Shown: positions 39,475 through 48,906, counted from the first letter of the stretch. The stretch is DNA of 64,000 nucleotides from Bdellovibrionales bacterium (GCA_964230645.1 CAXRHT010000002.1:1792001-1856000), one strand, 5' to 3'. A program made the numbers and translations. Notes: generated by a model not told the origin, from the letters alone.

Positions 39475-41205
39475 ATGAGATTTATTTGCGTTTTATTAGT
39501 GATCCTTAGCTCGTCTAGCTCATATGCTTCGCCATTAAAATGCACGGCCGTCTTTCAAACAGAAGTTAAAAAACAGTCCAAACTCCCTTGGGGGTTTTGG
39601 CAGAAACAAGAGAATCTCAATGAATTAGCCGGACTTATACTGACGGCTCGTGATAGCGCTTTCCTTCACGAGCTAAAAGACGATCCGCTCAATGACCTCC
39701 GTGAACTTTTCCTCTCACGTTACGGAGTTCATATAGAAGGGAAAAAAATCAGCACAAGTGTTAGAACCCTAAGACTCACCTCAGATTGGGCCAAAGCCCT
39801 CGCAGAGAATGGTCACCCTGCTACTATTAAAGAACGAACTCAGCTTAGAATAGCTAACGTTATACGAAAACTCCATTCCTGGGAATTTTTGTTAAGCCCT
39901 AGCGAATTATCTTCTAATTCTGATCCACGCTTACTGACTTTACTTGAAGAAACCTTCCAAGAGCCCATTAATCCTGACGCCTTTATTCAGCGTACAAGAA
40001 AGGTGTATGGTTCCTGGGAGAACACTCTTCGGGCCCACGGCCTTGATCCTCAAAAAATTCTCAAGAGATCTCAAGCTCTGAGCCAAGAGGACATCGGAAA
40101 AGTCTTAGAGTATTTAAAAGACGAAGATGTGACTTGGACCAGAACTTACTTCCAACGAAATAAAAATAAAGTCATCAGCAATAAAATTGAAAAACTGGTC
40201 GGCCGACCCATTCAGCTCGCACGGGTGTATCGTTTGGCTCTTGAGTATGGAACTTGGAGAGAGTGGATCAATCACATATTTCCTAATCCTAATATTTTGA
40301 AAAACGGAAAAGTCACTATAAGCCAAAGTCAGATTGGTGAAATTCTAACGGCTATCTTCTCCGATGGTCGTTTCAGCCTTGTTTTTTCCACGGCTCGACA
40401 AAACACAAGCCCTGAAACAAGGAGAGTCATCTATCAGGCCACAGGTTATAATATCTCACTACGTGCGGTTGCTTTAGCCGTTACAAGAAACGCCGCTGAT
40501 AAAGAGCAAACCTGGAACCAATTGATAATCGATAGTGATATCCCTTTAGAGACGGCCCTCGCCCAGAGAAAACCGATAACTCCCGTTGAAATTAACGACG
40601 CCATCCTTGCCTTGGCGGACCGGTCGGTTGCCTTAAATTCCTATTCCGTCCAAAATGATACATCAAAAGAAACCTCAGATATTATTTTTCAGACAACCGG
40701 TAAACGACGGACGGGACATTCAATCTACAATTCAGCAATTCTCACAGGTAAGAGTTGGGTGACTTGGCTCTCCGATGCCGGCTTAGATGTTACCGAAATA
40801 ATGAGAGGTGGCTCTCTACCTTATCATTTGGTAAATAGAGCCACCAAAGCCTCTCTCAGTAAGATACAAGAAAACAGAGACCTACTTGTTGGAGATTCGC
40901 TAGAGAGGGGTTATCAGTTCGATTCCAATGGCAATGTAGAAAGAGTGCGGGTCGACCTAAATACTCCGGAAACAGAACTCATTAGTAAACAGTTTGATGA
41001 TGCTTTTAGTTCTTTTATTGATGAACTCACGCCGAGAGAACAAAGCATTTTAAATAACATTCTCGACACTCTTGCAAATGACAATGCCACCAATTTGGCT
41101 GAAAGCCTACAAGATCGAGGTCTCAATCTCAGTCCAGGAGAGCTTGAGAACCTGTTCATTAAATTAAGAGAATACCCAGACTTCGTGCGTTTATTTGAGG
41201 AGTAG
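39475..41205 (+). CDS. Secreted protein with ~80-aa W-x3-L-x3-G repeats and sigma-like C-terminal segment
   Basis: Signal peptide (SYA-SPLKC), five GSW/GTW/KSW-type repeats, TPETELI...LTPREQSIL. Confidence 0.7.
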   Translation: MRFICVLLVILSSSSSYASPLKCTAVFQTEVKKQSKLPWGFWQKQENLNELAGLILTARDSAFLHELKDDPLNDLRELFLSRYGVHIEGKKISTSVRTLRLTSDWAKALAENGHPATIKERTQLRIANVIRKLHSWEFLLSPSELSSNSDPRLLTLLEETFQEPINPDAFIQRTRKVYGSWENTLRAHGLDPQKILKRSQALSQEDIGKVLEYLKDEDVTWTRTYFQRNKNKVISNKIEKLVGRPIQLARVYRLALEYGTWREWINHIFPNPNILKNGKVTISQSQIGEILTAIFSDGRFSLVFSTARQNTSPETRRVIYQATGYNISLRAVALAVTRNAADKEQTWNQLIIDSDIPLETALAQRKPITPVEINDAILALADRSVALNSYSVQNDTSKETSDIIFQTTGKRRTGHSIYNSAILTGKSWVTWLSDAGLDVTEIMRGGSLPYHLVNRATKASLSKIQENRDLLVGDSLERGYQFDSNGNVERVRVDLNTPETELISKQFDDAFSSFIDELTPREQSILNNILDTLANDNATNLAESLQDRGLNLSPGELENLFIKLREYPDFVRLFEE

Positions 41206-41236
41206 TTTTGAAAAACCAAGGCTATTCCTGGGATGA

Positions 41237-41580
41237 GTCTCAAAATGAGAAGAAGAGAAAGGACTAGGCAAGAGGGTGACATTCTGTGTTCTTTATTAGA
41301 AAGCTTGTGCCATACCCATCTGATCTCAAACCAGTTTCAATAGATCCAAAAAAAGCGGCACAATTTGTGAACTATATAAAAGACAGAAAGGCCATGATCC
41401 CCAATCTAACCCTTTTTAAAAAATTAGATCCCAAATCCCCATACCCCATATCCCCAAAGCCCAAGGCACCCACCTTGGGCTTTTATTTTAATGTCGTCCA
41501 GAGCCCTCAAATGCCGTCCAGAGCCCTCAAACGTCGTCCTGAAGTAAAATTGTCGTCCTGAGGCGAAGCCGAAGGACCTG
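41237..41580 (+). repeat. 344-bp direct repeat, copy 2
   Basis: Matches 38909-39252. Confidence 0.95.
41382..41489 (+). ncRNA. Candidate C-rich sRNA, copy 2
   Basis: Differs from copy 1 by two G-to-A changes, both in the predicted helix (GTCTGA vs ATCTAA). Confidence 0.6.
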
Positions 41581-41782
41581 GGTGACCTCGATCGTAATCC
41601 CACTCCCTTCAAAAACTACTTCATAAAATAGCCTCCCTCACCAAATCCTCTTGACTAAAACCGCTAAAAGACCGCCATATATTTCCTATGACTCTTGTAC
41701 CAAAAGCCCTTTATAGGCTCCCATCGTGATGAGCCTAACTAGCCCAAACCCATTGAACCTCTGGGAGGTCCATAGGGAACCA

Positions 41783-42370
41783 ATGCTTAACGAGTTCTGT
41801 AAGAAGTACTATTGGACAACTCCTAATTTCTTATCCTCCGAACGAGTGGATCTTCTTTTAAGGAGAGCTCAAATGATTGAAGAAGAGGGACTCCTTAAAA
41901 AGGCGGCCATTGGCAAAGGAGACCACAAGAAAAGGGACTCAGAGATTCGCTCAGATAAGATCAAATGGATCAATGATTTTAGTGGCCCCACAGGAGAACT
42001 TATTCACTCAATCTTTGGAGGCCTTCAGACTCTGGCGAAATCAGAGCTTTATCTACCAGCAAAGAGATACGAGTGTCATTTTGCTAAGTACGAAAAGGGA
42101 GACCTTTACAAAAGACACTCCGATCGTCACTCTTTTCTCCCTGGGCGCTTAATTACTTGTGTTGTTTATCTCTCTGATCTCGAGGAAGGCTCAGGCGGAG
42201 AACTTATTCTCTATGATGAAGAATTAAGACCCATAAAGGTTGTTCCAAAAGCCGGAAGAATCGTAGTTTTTGATAGTGCCATTGAACATGAAGTCAGACC
42301 CTCTGGTAAAACTCGTTGGAGTCTTACCGGCTGGTTAAGAGAAGACCTGCATCCAGGGCTTAGAGTTTAA
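41783..42370 (+). CDS. 2OG-Fe(II) oxygenase (prolyl hydroxylase/EGL-9-like)
   Basis: IRSDKIKW, YKRHSD (HxD), GGELILY, HEV...RWSLTGW. Confidence 0.88.
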   Translation: MLNEFCKKYYWTTPNFLSSERVDLLLRRAQMIEEEGLLKKAAIGKGDHKKRDSEIRSDKIKWINDFSGPTGELIHSIFGGLQTLAKSELYLPAKRYECHFAKYEKGDLYKRHSDRHSFLPGRLITCVVYLSDLEEGSGGELILYDEELRPIKVVPKAGRIVVFDSAIEHEVRPSGKTRWSLTGWLREDLHPGLRV

Positions 42371-42527
42371 AGATTGTATTTGTCTCAATTTGATAATGCT
42401 ATCAATGCTTAACCAACATGGTGACAATCTGTGTTCTATTAAAAGTGGCCGCGCCTAATTTTATCTCAATTCAAAAGAAAGCCTTTTTGATCCATAAATA
42501 TTGGCACAATTCGTGAACTATATAAAA

Positions 42528-42633
42528 GACAGAAAGGCCATGATCCCCAATCTGACCCTTTTTAAAAAATAGATCCCAAATCCCCATACCCCATATCCCC
42601 AAAGCCCAAGGCACCCACCTTGGGCTTTTTTTT
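42528..42633 (+). ncRNA. Candidate C-rich sRNA, copy 3
   Basis: Near-identical core and terminator with an 8-T tail; flanks diverged apart from short upstream boxes. Confidence 0.62.
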
Positions 42634-42727
42634 ATCTTTTAAAGATCAACACAATTTAATCACGGATTAAGGATCTTTTTCTTGATGATTTTGCTTATCG
42701 TTGAAAAAAAACTAAAAGGAGTGCTCT

Positions 42728-44206
42728 ATGTCGAAAGATTTTTCAATCCAAGAAAAGCTGACTCAACAATTTATTAACAATAAATGGGTGGCCGGAAAGG
42801 GAGGAAAGGCCATAGAAAACCGCAATCCCTATAACAACGAAATCATTTGTGAGCACTCCACGGCCTCTAAAGAGCAAATAGACCAAGCCTGCCAGTCTGC
42901 AAAAAAATCCCAACTGAAATGGAAAGAGACACCCGTCTCCGCTAAAGCAGCTTTACTGAATGCCATAGCTGATAAAATCGAAGAGAGGAAAGAAGAGATT
43001 CGAAATTGGATTATCAAAGAAACAGGGGGGACCTACCAGAAGGCCGAGCTTGAACTTCAACTCGTTCAAGCCTGTTTTCGCTCGGCGTCCTCTCTGCCAG
43101 CCTATATGAAAGGAGAAATACTCCCCACCGAAATGCCGGGAAAAGAATCACGCTCCTACAAAGTACCCAAGGGGGTTTTGGCGATGATCAGTCCTTGGAA
43201 TTTTCCACTTCAACTAACAGCACGCTCGATTGCTCCAGCCATCGCCACTGGCAACTCCGTAGTTATTAAAGCTTCCAGTCAAACTCCTGTCACAGGGGGA
43301 ACTCTGTTTGCCGCTCTTTTTGAAGAAGTTGAAGCTCCAGAAGGCCTTATCCAGGTTCTGACAGGTTCGGGCTCTGACGTGGGGACACCTTTAATTGAGC
43401 ATGAAATTCCCTCGGTGGTTTCCTTCACAGGTTCCACAGAAGTAGGACGAAAAATTGGCGAAGCCGTTATGAAAAGTTCTCGTATCAAAGACCTTGAGCT
43501 TGAATTAGGGGGAAATAATCCCATTATTATTCTTGAAGACGCAAATTTAGAAGATGCCGTTGAAGGAGCTCTTTTCGGCCGCTTTTTCCATAATGGACAA
43601 ATTTGCATGTCTGCCAATCGAATCATCGTAGAAAAGGGGATCAAAGAGGAGTTTACCGACAAGTTTGTTAAGCGAGTGAAAGAGTTGAAAGTGGGCGACC
43701 CCTCTTCTGAGAGTACCCATATCGGACCCATCATAAATGACAGTCAGAAAGACAACATTGTCGAATTGATCGAGGCGGCAAAGAAGGAAAATACATGTCT
43801 AGTCTCTGGTGATATCGATGATCGTCTAATCCCCCCTCATGTCTTCACTGATGTCACTCCCGATTCCAAGTTATTTAACAATGAAATATTCGGTCCGGTG
43901 GCCTCAATTATTGAAGCAAAGGATAGCGATCATGCCATTGAACTGGCCAATGACACAGATCTTGGCTTAAGCAGCGCTATTTTCAGCACTAATGTAGAAA
44001 AAGCCACCCAAATGGCCCTCAAAATTGAAGCGGGAGTCACTCATATTAATGATCAAACTGTTAACGATCTTCCTTTAAGTCCTTTTGGTGGAGAAAAGAA
44101 TTCCGGCCTTGGGCGTTTTAATGGCGAATGGTCGGTAAGAGCTTTTACAACCGATCACTGGGTTAGTGTACAACACGAATCTCGGCCTTACTGGAGAAAG
44201 AACTAA
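42728..44206 (+). CDS. Aldehyde dehydrogenase (benzaldehyde DH-like)
   Basis: ISPWNFP, FTGS, LELGGN, GQICMS, EIFGP, PFGGEKNSG. Confidence 0.95.
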   Translation: MSKDFSIQEKLTQQFINNKWVAGKGGKAIENRNPYNNEIICEHSTASKEQIDQACQSAKKSQLKWKETPVSAKAALLNAIADKIEERKEEIRNWIIKETGGTYQKAELELQLVQACFRSASSLPAYMKGEILPTEMPGKESRSYKVPKGVLAMISPWNFPLQLTARSIAPAIATGNSVVIKASSQTPVTGGTLFAALFEEVEAPEGLIQVLTGSGSDVGTPLIEHEIPSVVSFTGSTEVGRKIGEAVMKSSRIKDLELELGGNNPIIILEDANLEDAVEGALFGRFFHNGQICMSANRIIVEKGIKEEFTDKFVKRVKELKVGDPSSESTHIGPIINDSQKDNIVELIEAAKKENTCLVSGDIDDRLIPPHVFTDVTPDSKLFNNEIFGPVASIIEAKDSDHAIELANDTDLGLSSAIFSTNVEKATQMALKIEAGVTHINDQTVNDLPLSPFGGEKNSGLGRFNGEWSVRAFTTDHWVSVQHESRPYWRKN

Positions 44207-44295
44207 AACTAGAATTAGTATTTTACTGTTTCGATGAAAATGAGCCTAACGCAGCTTCGCTACCAATTCATAAAAAGAGGCATAAGAATTTTATC

Positions 44296-44778
44296 ATGCG
44301 TGGATACAAACAAGTTTTACCGATGTGGGGGCTCTACCCCTGGATTCCCTTAAATATCTACATTGTCTATTTGTTTGTTTCAGTCACCTCGGGCTCTGGA
44401 AACATTGGATTTGCCCTGCCTGTTATTTTTATCGTGGGTTTTATTGGCTCAGCCCTGACCTATATTCTTCTCGACATACTAATTTGGCTTACCTTTGTGA
44501 AGCCCAATAAGACAAAAAAAAATCCCTCTCAGCTCACCCCTCAACAAAGGTTGGACTACCAATATGAAGGTGAAGTGAATGCGCGAGAATCTGTAAAAAA
44601 ATCAGGTGTGAATCAAGCCTACGGATATGATCCGAACCGAAATCAGGTCGATCAGAAAAGTTTTAAAGTCAGCCCAGGGTTTAAAAATGTTTTAATATTC
44701 GTTTTGGTCTTCTTTTTGGTCCTTTATTTCTTCTATTTTCTCTATTTAAATCCGAGTCTTATCGACCTGTTTTTGTAG
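44296..44778 (+). CDS. Hypothetical membrane protein
   Basis: Three hydrophobic segments. Confidence 0.6.
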   Translation: MRGYKQVLPMWGLYPWIPLNIYIVYLFVSVTSGSGNIGFALPVIFIVGFIGSALTYILLDILIWLTFVKPNKTKKNPSQLTPQQRLDYQYEGEVNARESVKKSGVNQAYGYDPNRNQVDQKSFKVSPGFKNVLIFVLVFFLVLYFFYFLYLNPSLIDLFL

Positions 44779-44869
44779 TTTGTTCTAAGCTGAAACACTT
44801 TTATCTAAAAAAAGGCTTGCAACTATCCTCTCCCACAAAAGCCGTGCTAAAATAATACTTTAGGTCTGT

Positions 44870-46030
44870 TTGGGGGACACTATTTTACAAAACTATCGCG
44901 TTCAATTTTTATTGTTATTTTGTACACCTATAGCTTTGGTATTTATTGGCCAAGGTTGCCAGAAATCTTTTAAGGCCGGAAGTAGCGACAGTCCCCAGGT
45001 CAATGTGTTGCCACCTGAAGATGAAAATTCCCCCAATGAAAATCCTGTCGTGAATGAACCAGATCCCCTCGCCCCGCCTAGCGGAAAGGTGCCAATGTTT
45101 GTTGCCGCCGGACGTGGTGGACGAACCATTGTTTCTTGTGATGATGGGCGAACATGGATTGGGGATCGATCCATTGATAATGATAACAGAGACCACGCCC
45201 CGACCGTTGATAAAGGCTTTGCCTATGGTGACGGCGTCTTTATTCAAGTGATGGGTTGGGGCTATGATGCTCAAATCCAAAGAAGTGAAGACGGCTTTAA
45301 CTGGGAGACCATTCAATTCCCACACCGTATGGGTGCAATGGCTTACACCGGAAACCAATTTATGGTTTTTGGTAACAACGCTCATGTTTCCTCTGACGGC
45401 GGAAAGACGTGGGAAGAAGTTGCCAGACCAGAACACGGTACCCACGCAAGAGAAGGTGGCGGCGGTGGAGAGCCCAATGGCCCTAGTATTGTAGCCATCG
45501 GATCAGGAACGGCTCCAAAATTCACAATGGATGAAGGACAAACTTGGTTGAGAGCTCCAGCCGTGTGTGATTCAGCCGTTAATTTTGGTGGTGTCGGCCA
45601 AAGAGCGGGCATGGTCTACGGGAACAGATCCTTCCTTGTTTTAGACTCAAGCGGGAACTACTGCTCAACGCCTGACTACGGCCTCAACTGGGTGGGAGGA
45701 AGTCTCACACAAAATGGTGATGCCGGAATTGGTGGAAAGGTCGCTTTTGCAAGAGACCAATTTTGGGCCCTAGCTGGCTCTCATGGTTACCGCTCAAGTA
45801 ACGCAAGGGACTGGGAAAGAATCGATTTTTCCCCAAGTGAAGTAAGAATACACTTAATCGCAAAGTCTGAAACCGGAACTTATGTGGGAATTGATCGCGG
45901 TAGTTCCAGTTTTTATCGTAGCCAAGACGGCGAAAACTGGGAATTCGTAGCCACTCACGCCAACGGGTTAACTCTTTCAAGACTGCGTTTCGGCTACGCC
46001 ACACCCTCAACTCAATGTCCTGGAATGTAG
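44870..46030 (+). CDS. Lipoprotein with BNR/Asp-box repeats (beta-propeller)
   Basis: GQG-C lipobox-like site; SCDDGRTW, SEDGFNW, SSDGGKTW, SQDGENW repeats. Confidence 0.8.
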   Translation: MGDTILQNYRVQFLLLFCTPIALVFIGQGCQKSFKAGSSDSPQVNVLPPEDENSPNENPVVNEPDPLAPPSGKVPMFVAAGRGGRTIVSCDDGRTWIGDRSIDNDNRDHAPTVDKGFAYGDGVFIQVMGWGYDAQIQRSEDGFNWETIQFPHRMGAMAYTGNQFMVFGNNAHVSSDGGKTWEEVARPEHGTHAREGGGGGEPNGPSIVAIGSGTAPKFTMDEGQTWLRAPAVCDSAVNFGGVGQRAGMVYGNRSFLVLDSSGNYCSTPDYGLNWVGGSLTQNGDAGIGGKVAFARDQFWALAGSHGYRSSNARDWERIDFSPSEVRIHLIAKSETGTYVGIDRGSSSFYRSQDGENWEFVATHANGLTLSRLRFGYATPSTQCPGM

Positions 46031-46034
46031 AAAG

Positions 46035-46794
46035 GGTACCAAGTCCCTTTTCCGTTTTTTGGGTTTGATCTCGGAAACTTTAGATTTTTTGCGGCATTGA
46101 CCGGCCCCTCCGTACGGAATCATTACTGCAGATCTTCTTTTTTATGCCTAGAAAAACTCTCATTGAAAACTCTGACTACCCTTACCATATTTTGAATCGT
46201 TCAAATAATCGGGAGTTTTTTACTCTCCCAAAGGGACTCCTTTGGGAAATTATGTTGGAAAAGGTAGAATACCTAAACCGAGAACTTAATATTAAAACCC
46301 ACGCTTTCGTTTTAATGTCCAATCACTATCACTGGATATTGAGCACTCCCGACATGAACCTTTCTAAAGGGATGACTTATTTCCACCGTGAGGTTGCTCG
46401 ATGTGCGAATCGTAAAAGTCAGCGTATCAATCATTTCTTTGGTGGTCGATATAAGTGGTGTTCGATTCAAAATGAGATTTATTACTGGAATGCGATCAAA
46501 TATGTCTTTCGAAACCCAGTGAAGGCTCAAATATGCTCGAGAGTTGAAGAGTATAAATACTCCTCTCTAAATGACACCAGGACATTCAGCTACTGTCGGC
46601 TAAACGATTTTTTTAATAACCCAGAGATGACAATTTCACCTGATCTTGATTGGCTCAATGAGGCCTACACAGCTGAGGTTGATGATGTGCTTCGGAGAGG
46701 TTTGAGAAGAAGGGTGTTTCAAATTCCAAAGGGCAAAAGTGGAAGGGTTGTTGAGACTCCGGGCTGGAGTGGGAAAAGGGACTTGGTACCTTAG
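46035..46794 (+). mobile_element. RAYT-type element bounded by 19-bp inverted repeats
   Basis: GGTACCAAGTCCCTTTTCC at 46035-46053 and its exact reverse complement at 46772-46790. Confidence 0.75.
46144..46794 (+). CDS. REP-associated tyrosine transposase (Y1 HUH, IS200-like superfamily)
   Basis: YHILNR, FVLMSNHYH (HUH), FGGRYK, YVFRNPV, YKYSS. Confidence 0.9.
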   Translation: MPRKTLIENSDYPYHILNRSNNREFFTLPKGLLWEIMLEKVEYLNRELNIKTHAFVLMSNHYHWILSTPDMNLSKGMTYFHREVARCANRKSQRINHFFGGRYKWCSIQNEIYYWNAIKYVFRNPVKAQICSRVEEYKYSSLNDTRTFSYCRLNDFFNNPEMTISPDLDWLNEAYTAEVDDVLRRGLRRRVFQIPKGKSGRVVETPGWSGKRDLVP

Positions 46795-46798
46795 GGAT

Positions 46799-46889
46799 TG
46801 GCGGAGAGAGAGAGATTCGAACTCTCGAGACGCTATTAACGCCTACACGCGTTCCAGGCGTGCGCATTCAACCACTCTGCCACCTCTCC
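46799..46889 (-). tRNA. tRNA-Ser (GGA)
   Basis: GGAGAGG acceptor stem, CACGC-ctGGAac-GCGTG anticodon arm, long variable arm, GTTCGAATC, encoded CCA. Confidence 0.98.
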
Positions 46890-47066
46890 GCATGATTGAA
46901 AGTCAATGAATTCAACTAGATAGCATTGCTTGTTGGGGTTGTCTAGAGGTAATTGGAGGGACGGAATCGATTTAGGAATTATTGTGGAAGATTAGGTGTT
47001 TAGCGGGCTATTGCTTTCATTGAGGTTTTGCCTTTATGGCAATTCTTTCGGATGGCTCTCTATATA

Positions 47067-47804
47067 TTAGTCTTCTAATAGTGCGGCGATCTTTTGGTTT
47101 ATATTTTCTCCAACAAGCTCCAAGTACAGTGTAGCGAGATCTTTTGTTTCGTTTTTAAAATCATTGTTTTGATAAACCGCCTTACCGGAATCGAGGATGA
47201 GTAAGCTTTGGCAGAGCTCCGACATCAGTGAAGGATCATGGGAAGTGATCAGTACAGTTTTTTCTGTTCTACTGTATTCGCTGATCAGTTTTTTTAAAGA
47301 AATAACTGAAGGAACATCAAGGCCAATCGTTGGTTCATCTAAGATCATTAGGTTTGGTTTCATTAAAAAGCCTGCAGTGAGAAGAGTTTTTCTTTTCATT
47401 CCAAAGGAATAGGTCTTCATAAGTTTTTTAGAATCATCCTCTGTGATTCCAAAGAATCGGAAATAATCTTGAACCTTTTTTTGTTCGACGTTTTTTTTAG
47501 CCTTGACCATAAGGATAAACTCAACAAACTCGAAACCTGTTAGGTAATCATAAATAAAGGGTGAGTCGGAAACGAAAAAAACCTCTTTGTTTGAAATTCT
47601 TTTCTTTTCATCAAGGAGGATTGGATCGTGCTGAATGACTCCTTCTTTTGGAATTTTTCCCAGCAGAGTGTTTATTAGAGTTGTTTTACCAGAGCCATTT
47701 TTTCCCATCACCCCGAAAACTTCGCCTTTACAAATATTGAAATTGATATCCTCAAAAACTTTATGACCTGGATATGAGACTGATAGGTTTTCAACTTTCA
47801 CCAT
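47067..47804 (-). CDS. ABC transporter ATP-binding protein
   Basis: GKNGSGKTT, YSFGMKRK, ILDEPT, TSHD. Confidence 0.95.
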   Translation of the reverse strand: MVKVENLSVSYPGHKVFEDINFNICKGEVFGVMGKNGSGKTTLINTLLGKIPKEGVIQHDPILLDEKKRISNKEVFFVSDSPFIYDYLTGFEFVEFILMVKAKKNVEQKKVQDYFRFFGITEDDSKKLMKTYSFGMKRKTLLTAGFLMKPNLMILDEPTIGLDVPSVISLKKLISEYSRTEKTVLITSHDPSLMSELCQSLLILDSGKAVYQNNDFKNETKDLATLYLELVGENINQKIAALLED

Positions 47805-48906
47805 AGTAAACCTCTTTTATAAATAAGATAGCAAATATAGGAATGGATAAGGGTACGACAATCGATAAAGCGAGACTCATACTTTTAAGCAAATGATTCT
47901 CGAGATAAAGAAACTTAATCATTAAAATATATACCCAAAAAACGAGGAGAATAATTGGGACCACCAAAACTTCGATATTTATCTTTATGGGTAGAAATAA
48001 AAGAGTTGTGGTTACTAGGACCCAAAAAACTAAAGAAGTGCCAAACCAAAAGAGGAGATCTGTTTTAAACCCCCAATGCTTAAATTTGTAAGTGACGTTT
48101 GCTAACCCCTTGTAAGCTTCGGTATTGATAGCTAAAGCTGTACCTACAAGAGGAAGATAAGGTAACAACAAATAAAATAGTGGTGATTCCGGCGCTTGAT
48201 TGACAAGATAAAAGAGAACTCCCATAGATGTGACCAAAGAGTAGAAAAGAGCGAGTATGAAATACCTTCGGTTTTTCCTACTAATATAAAGAAGACTGAG
48301 TCTTCGAATGGCATGAGCCTTATTTTTCAGTTTGGTCTTCTCTTTTTTCGCTCCTTGAAGATTGGCTCTATACCCTTTCCCCCTACTTTCCTTTTTAATA
48401 AGGGGAACGAGGAGCGAGAAAAAAATAAACATTATAGAGGCTGCAAGCAAAGTTATGCCATTGGCTTGTAGCTGGACAAGTGGGATAAAGCTTACAAAAA
48501 AGAATACCAGATGAGAGGCGACTAAAAGCTTTAAAACCCGAGTTTGATAAATTTTCTCGTGGCTCGACAGACAGTCTTCTAAAAAGTGATCATCGTAGAC
48601 GAGCTTTGGATATATATAATAGACAAGAACCAGAGTTGCCAGAGCGGCTGTAGACAGATAAGGATTGAAAACTCCTAAGATCAAGCCCGGTTGATTCAGA
48701 GTTTTATAAAATACAAAGAGGATCAACTGGCAAATCGATAGGAAAGTGAAAACTTGAGTTCCTTCTTTTTTTAGGAAGTTTTTTACCATCTTGAAATAAA
48801 AATAGTTTAAGGCTTTTTGAGATGACTCTTGATACACCTTTAAACTCCTACCTGACAGCTTGCTAACTCGGAAGCTGTCTTTCGTTAGGTCGCTAAAAAT
48901 GGCCAC
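47791..48906 (-). CDS. Putative ABC permease (multi-pass membrane protein)
   Basis: Many TM helices; overlaps the ATPase start. The true start may be ATG 48789. Confidence 0.65.
   Translation of the reverse strand: MAIFSDLTKDSFRVSKLSGRSLKVYQESSQKALNYFYFKMVKNFLKKEGTQVFTFLSICQLILFVFYKTLNQPGLILGVFNPYLSTAALATLVLVYYIYPKLVYDDHFLEDCLSSHEKIYQTRVLKLLVASHLVFFFVSFIPLVQLQANGITLLAASIMFIFFSLLVPLIKKESRGKGYRANLQGAKKEKTKLKNKAHAIRRLSLLYISRKNRRYFILALFYSLVTSMGVLFYLVNQAPESPLFYLLLPYLPLVGTALAINTEAYKGLANVTYKFKHWGFKTDLLFWFGTSLVFWVLVTTTLLFLPIKINIEVLVVPIILLVFWVYILMIKFLYLENHLLKSMSLALSIVVPLSIPIFAILFIKEVYYGES

Noticed and set aside
38909..46889. Prophage or integrase island at tRNA-Ser
   Set aside because: No integrase or phage genes, and I found no duplicated tRNA 3' end in the window.
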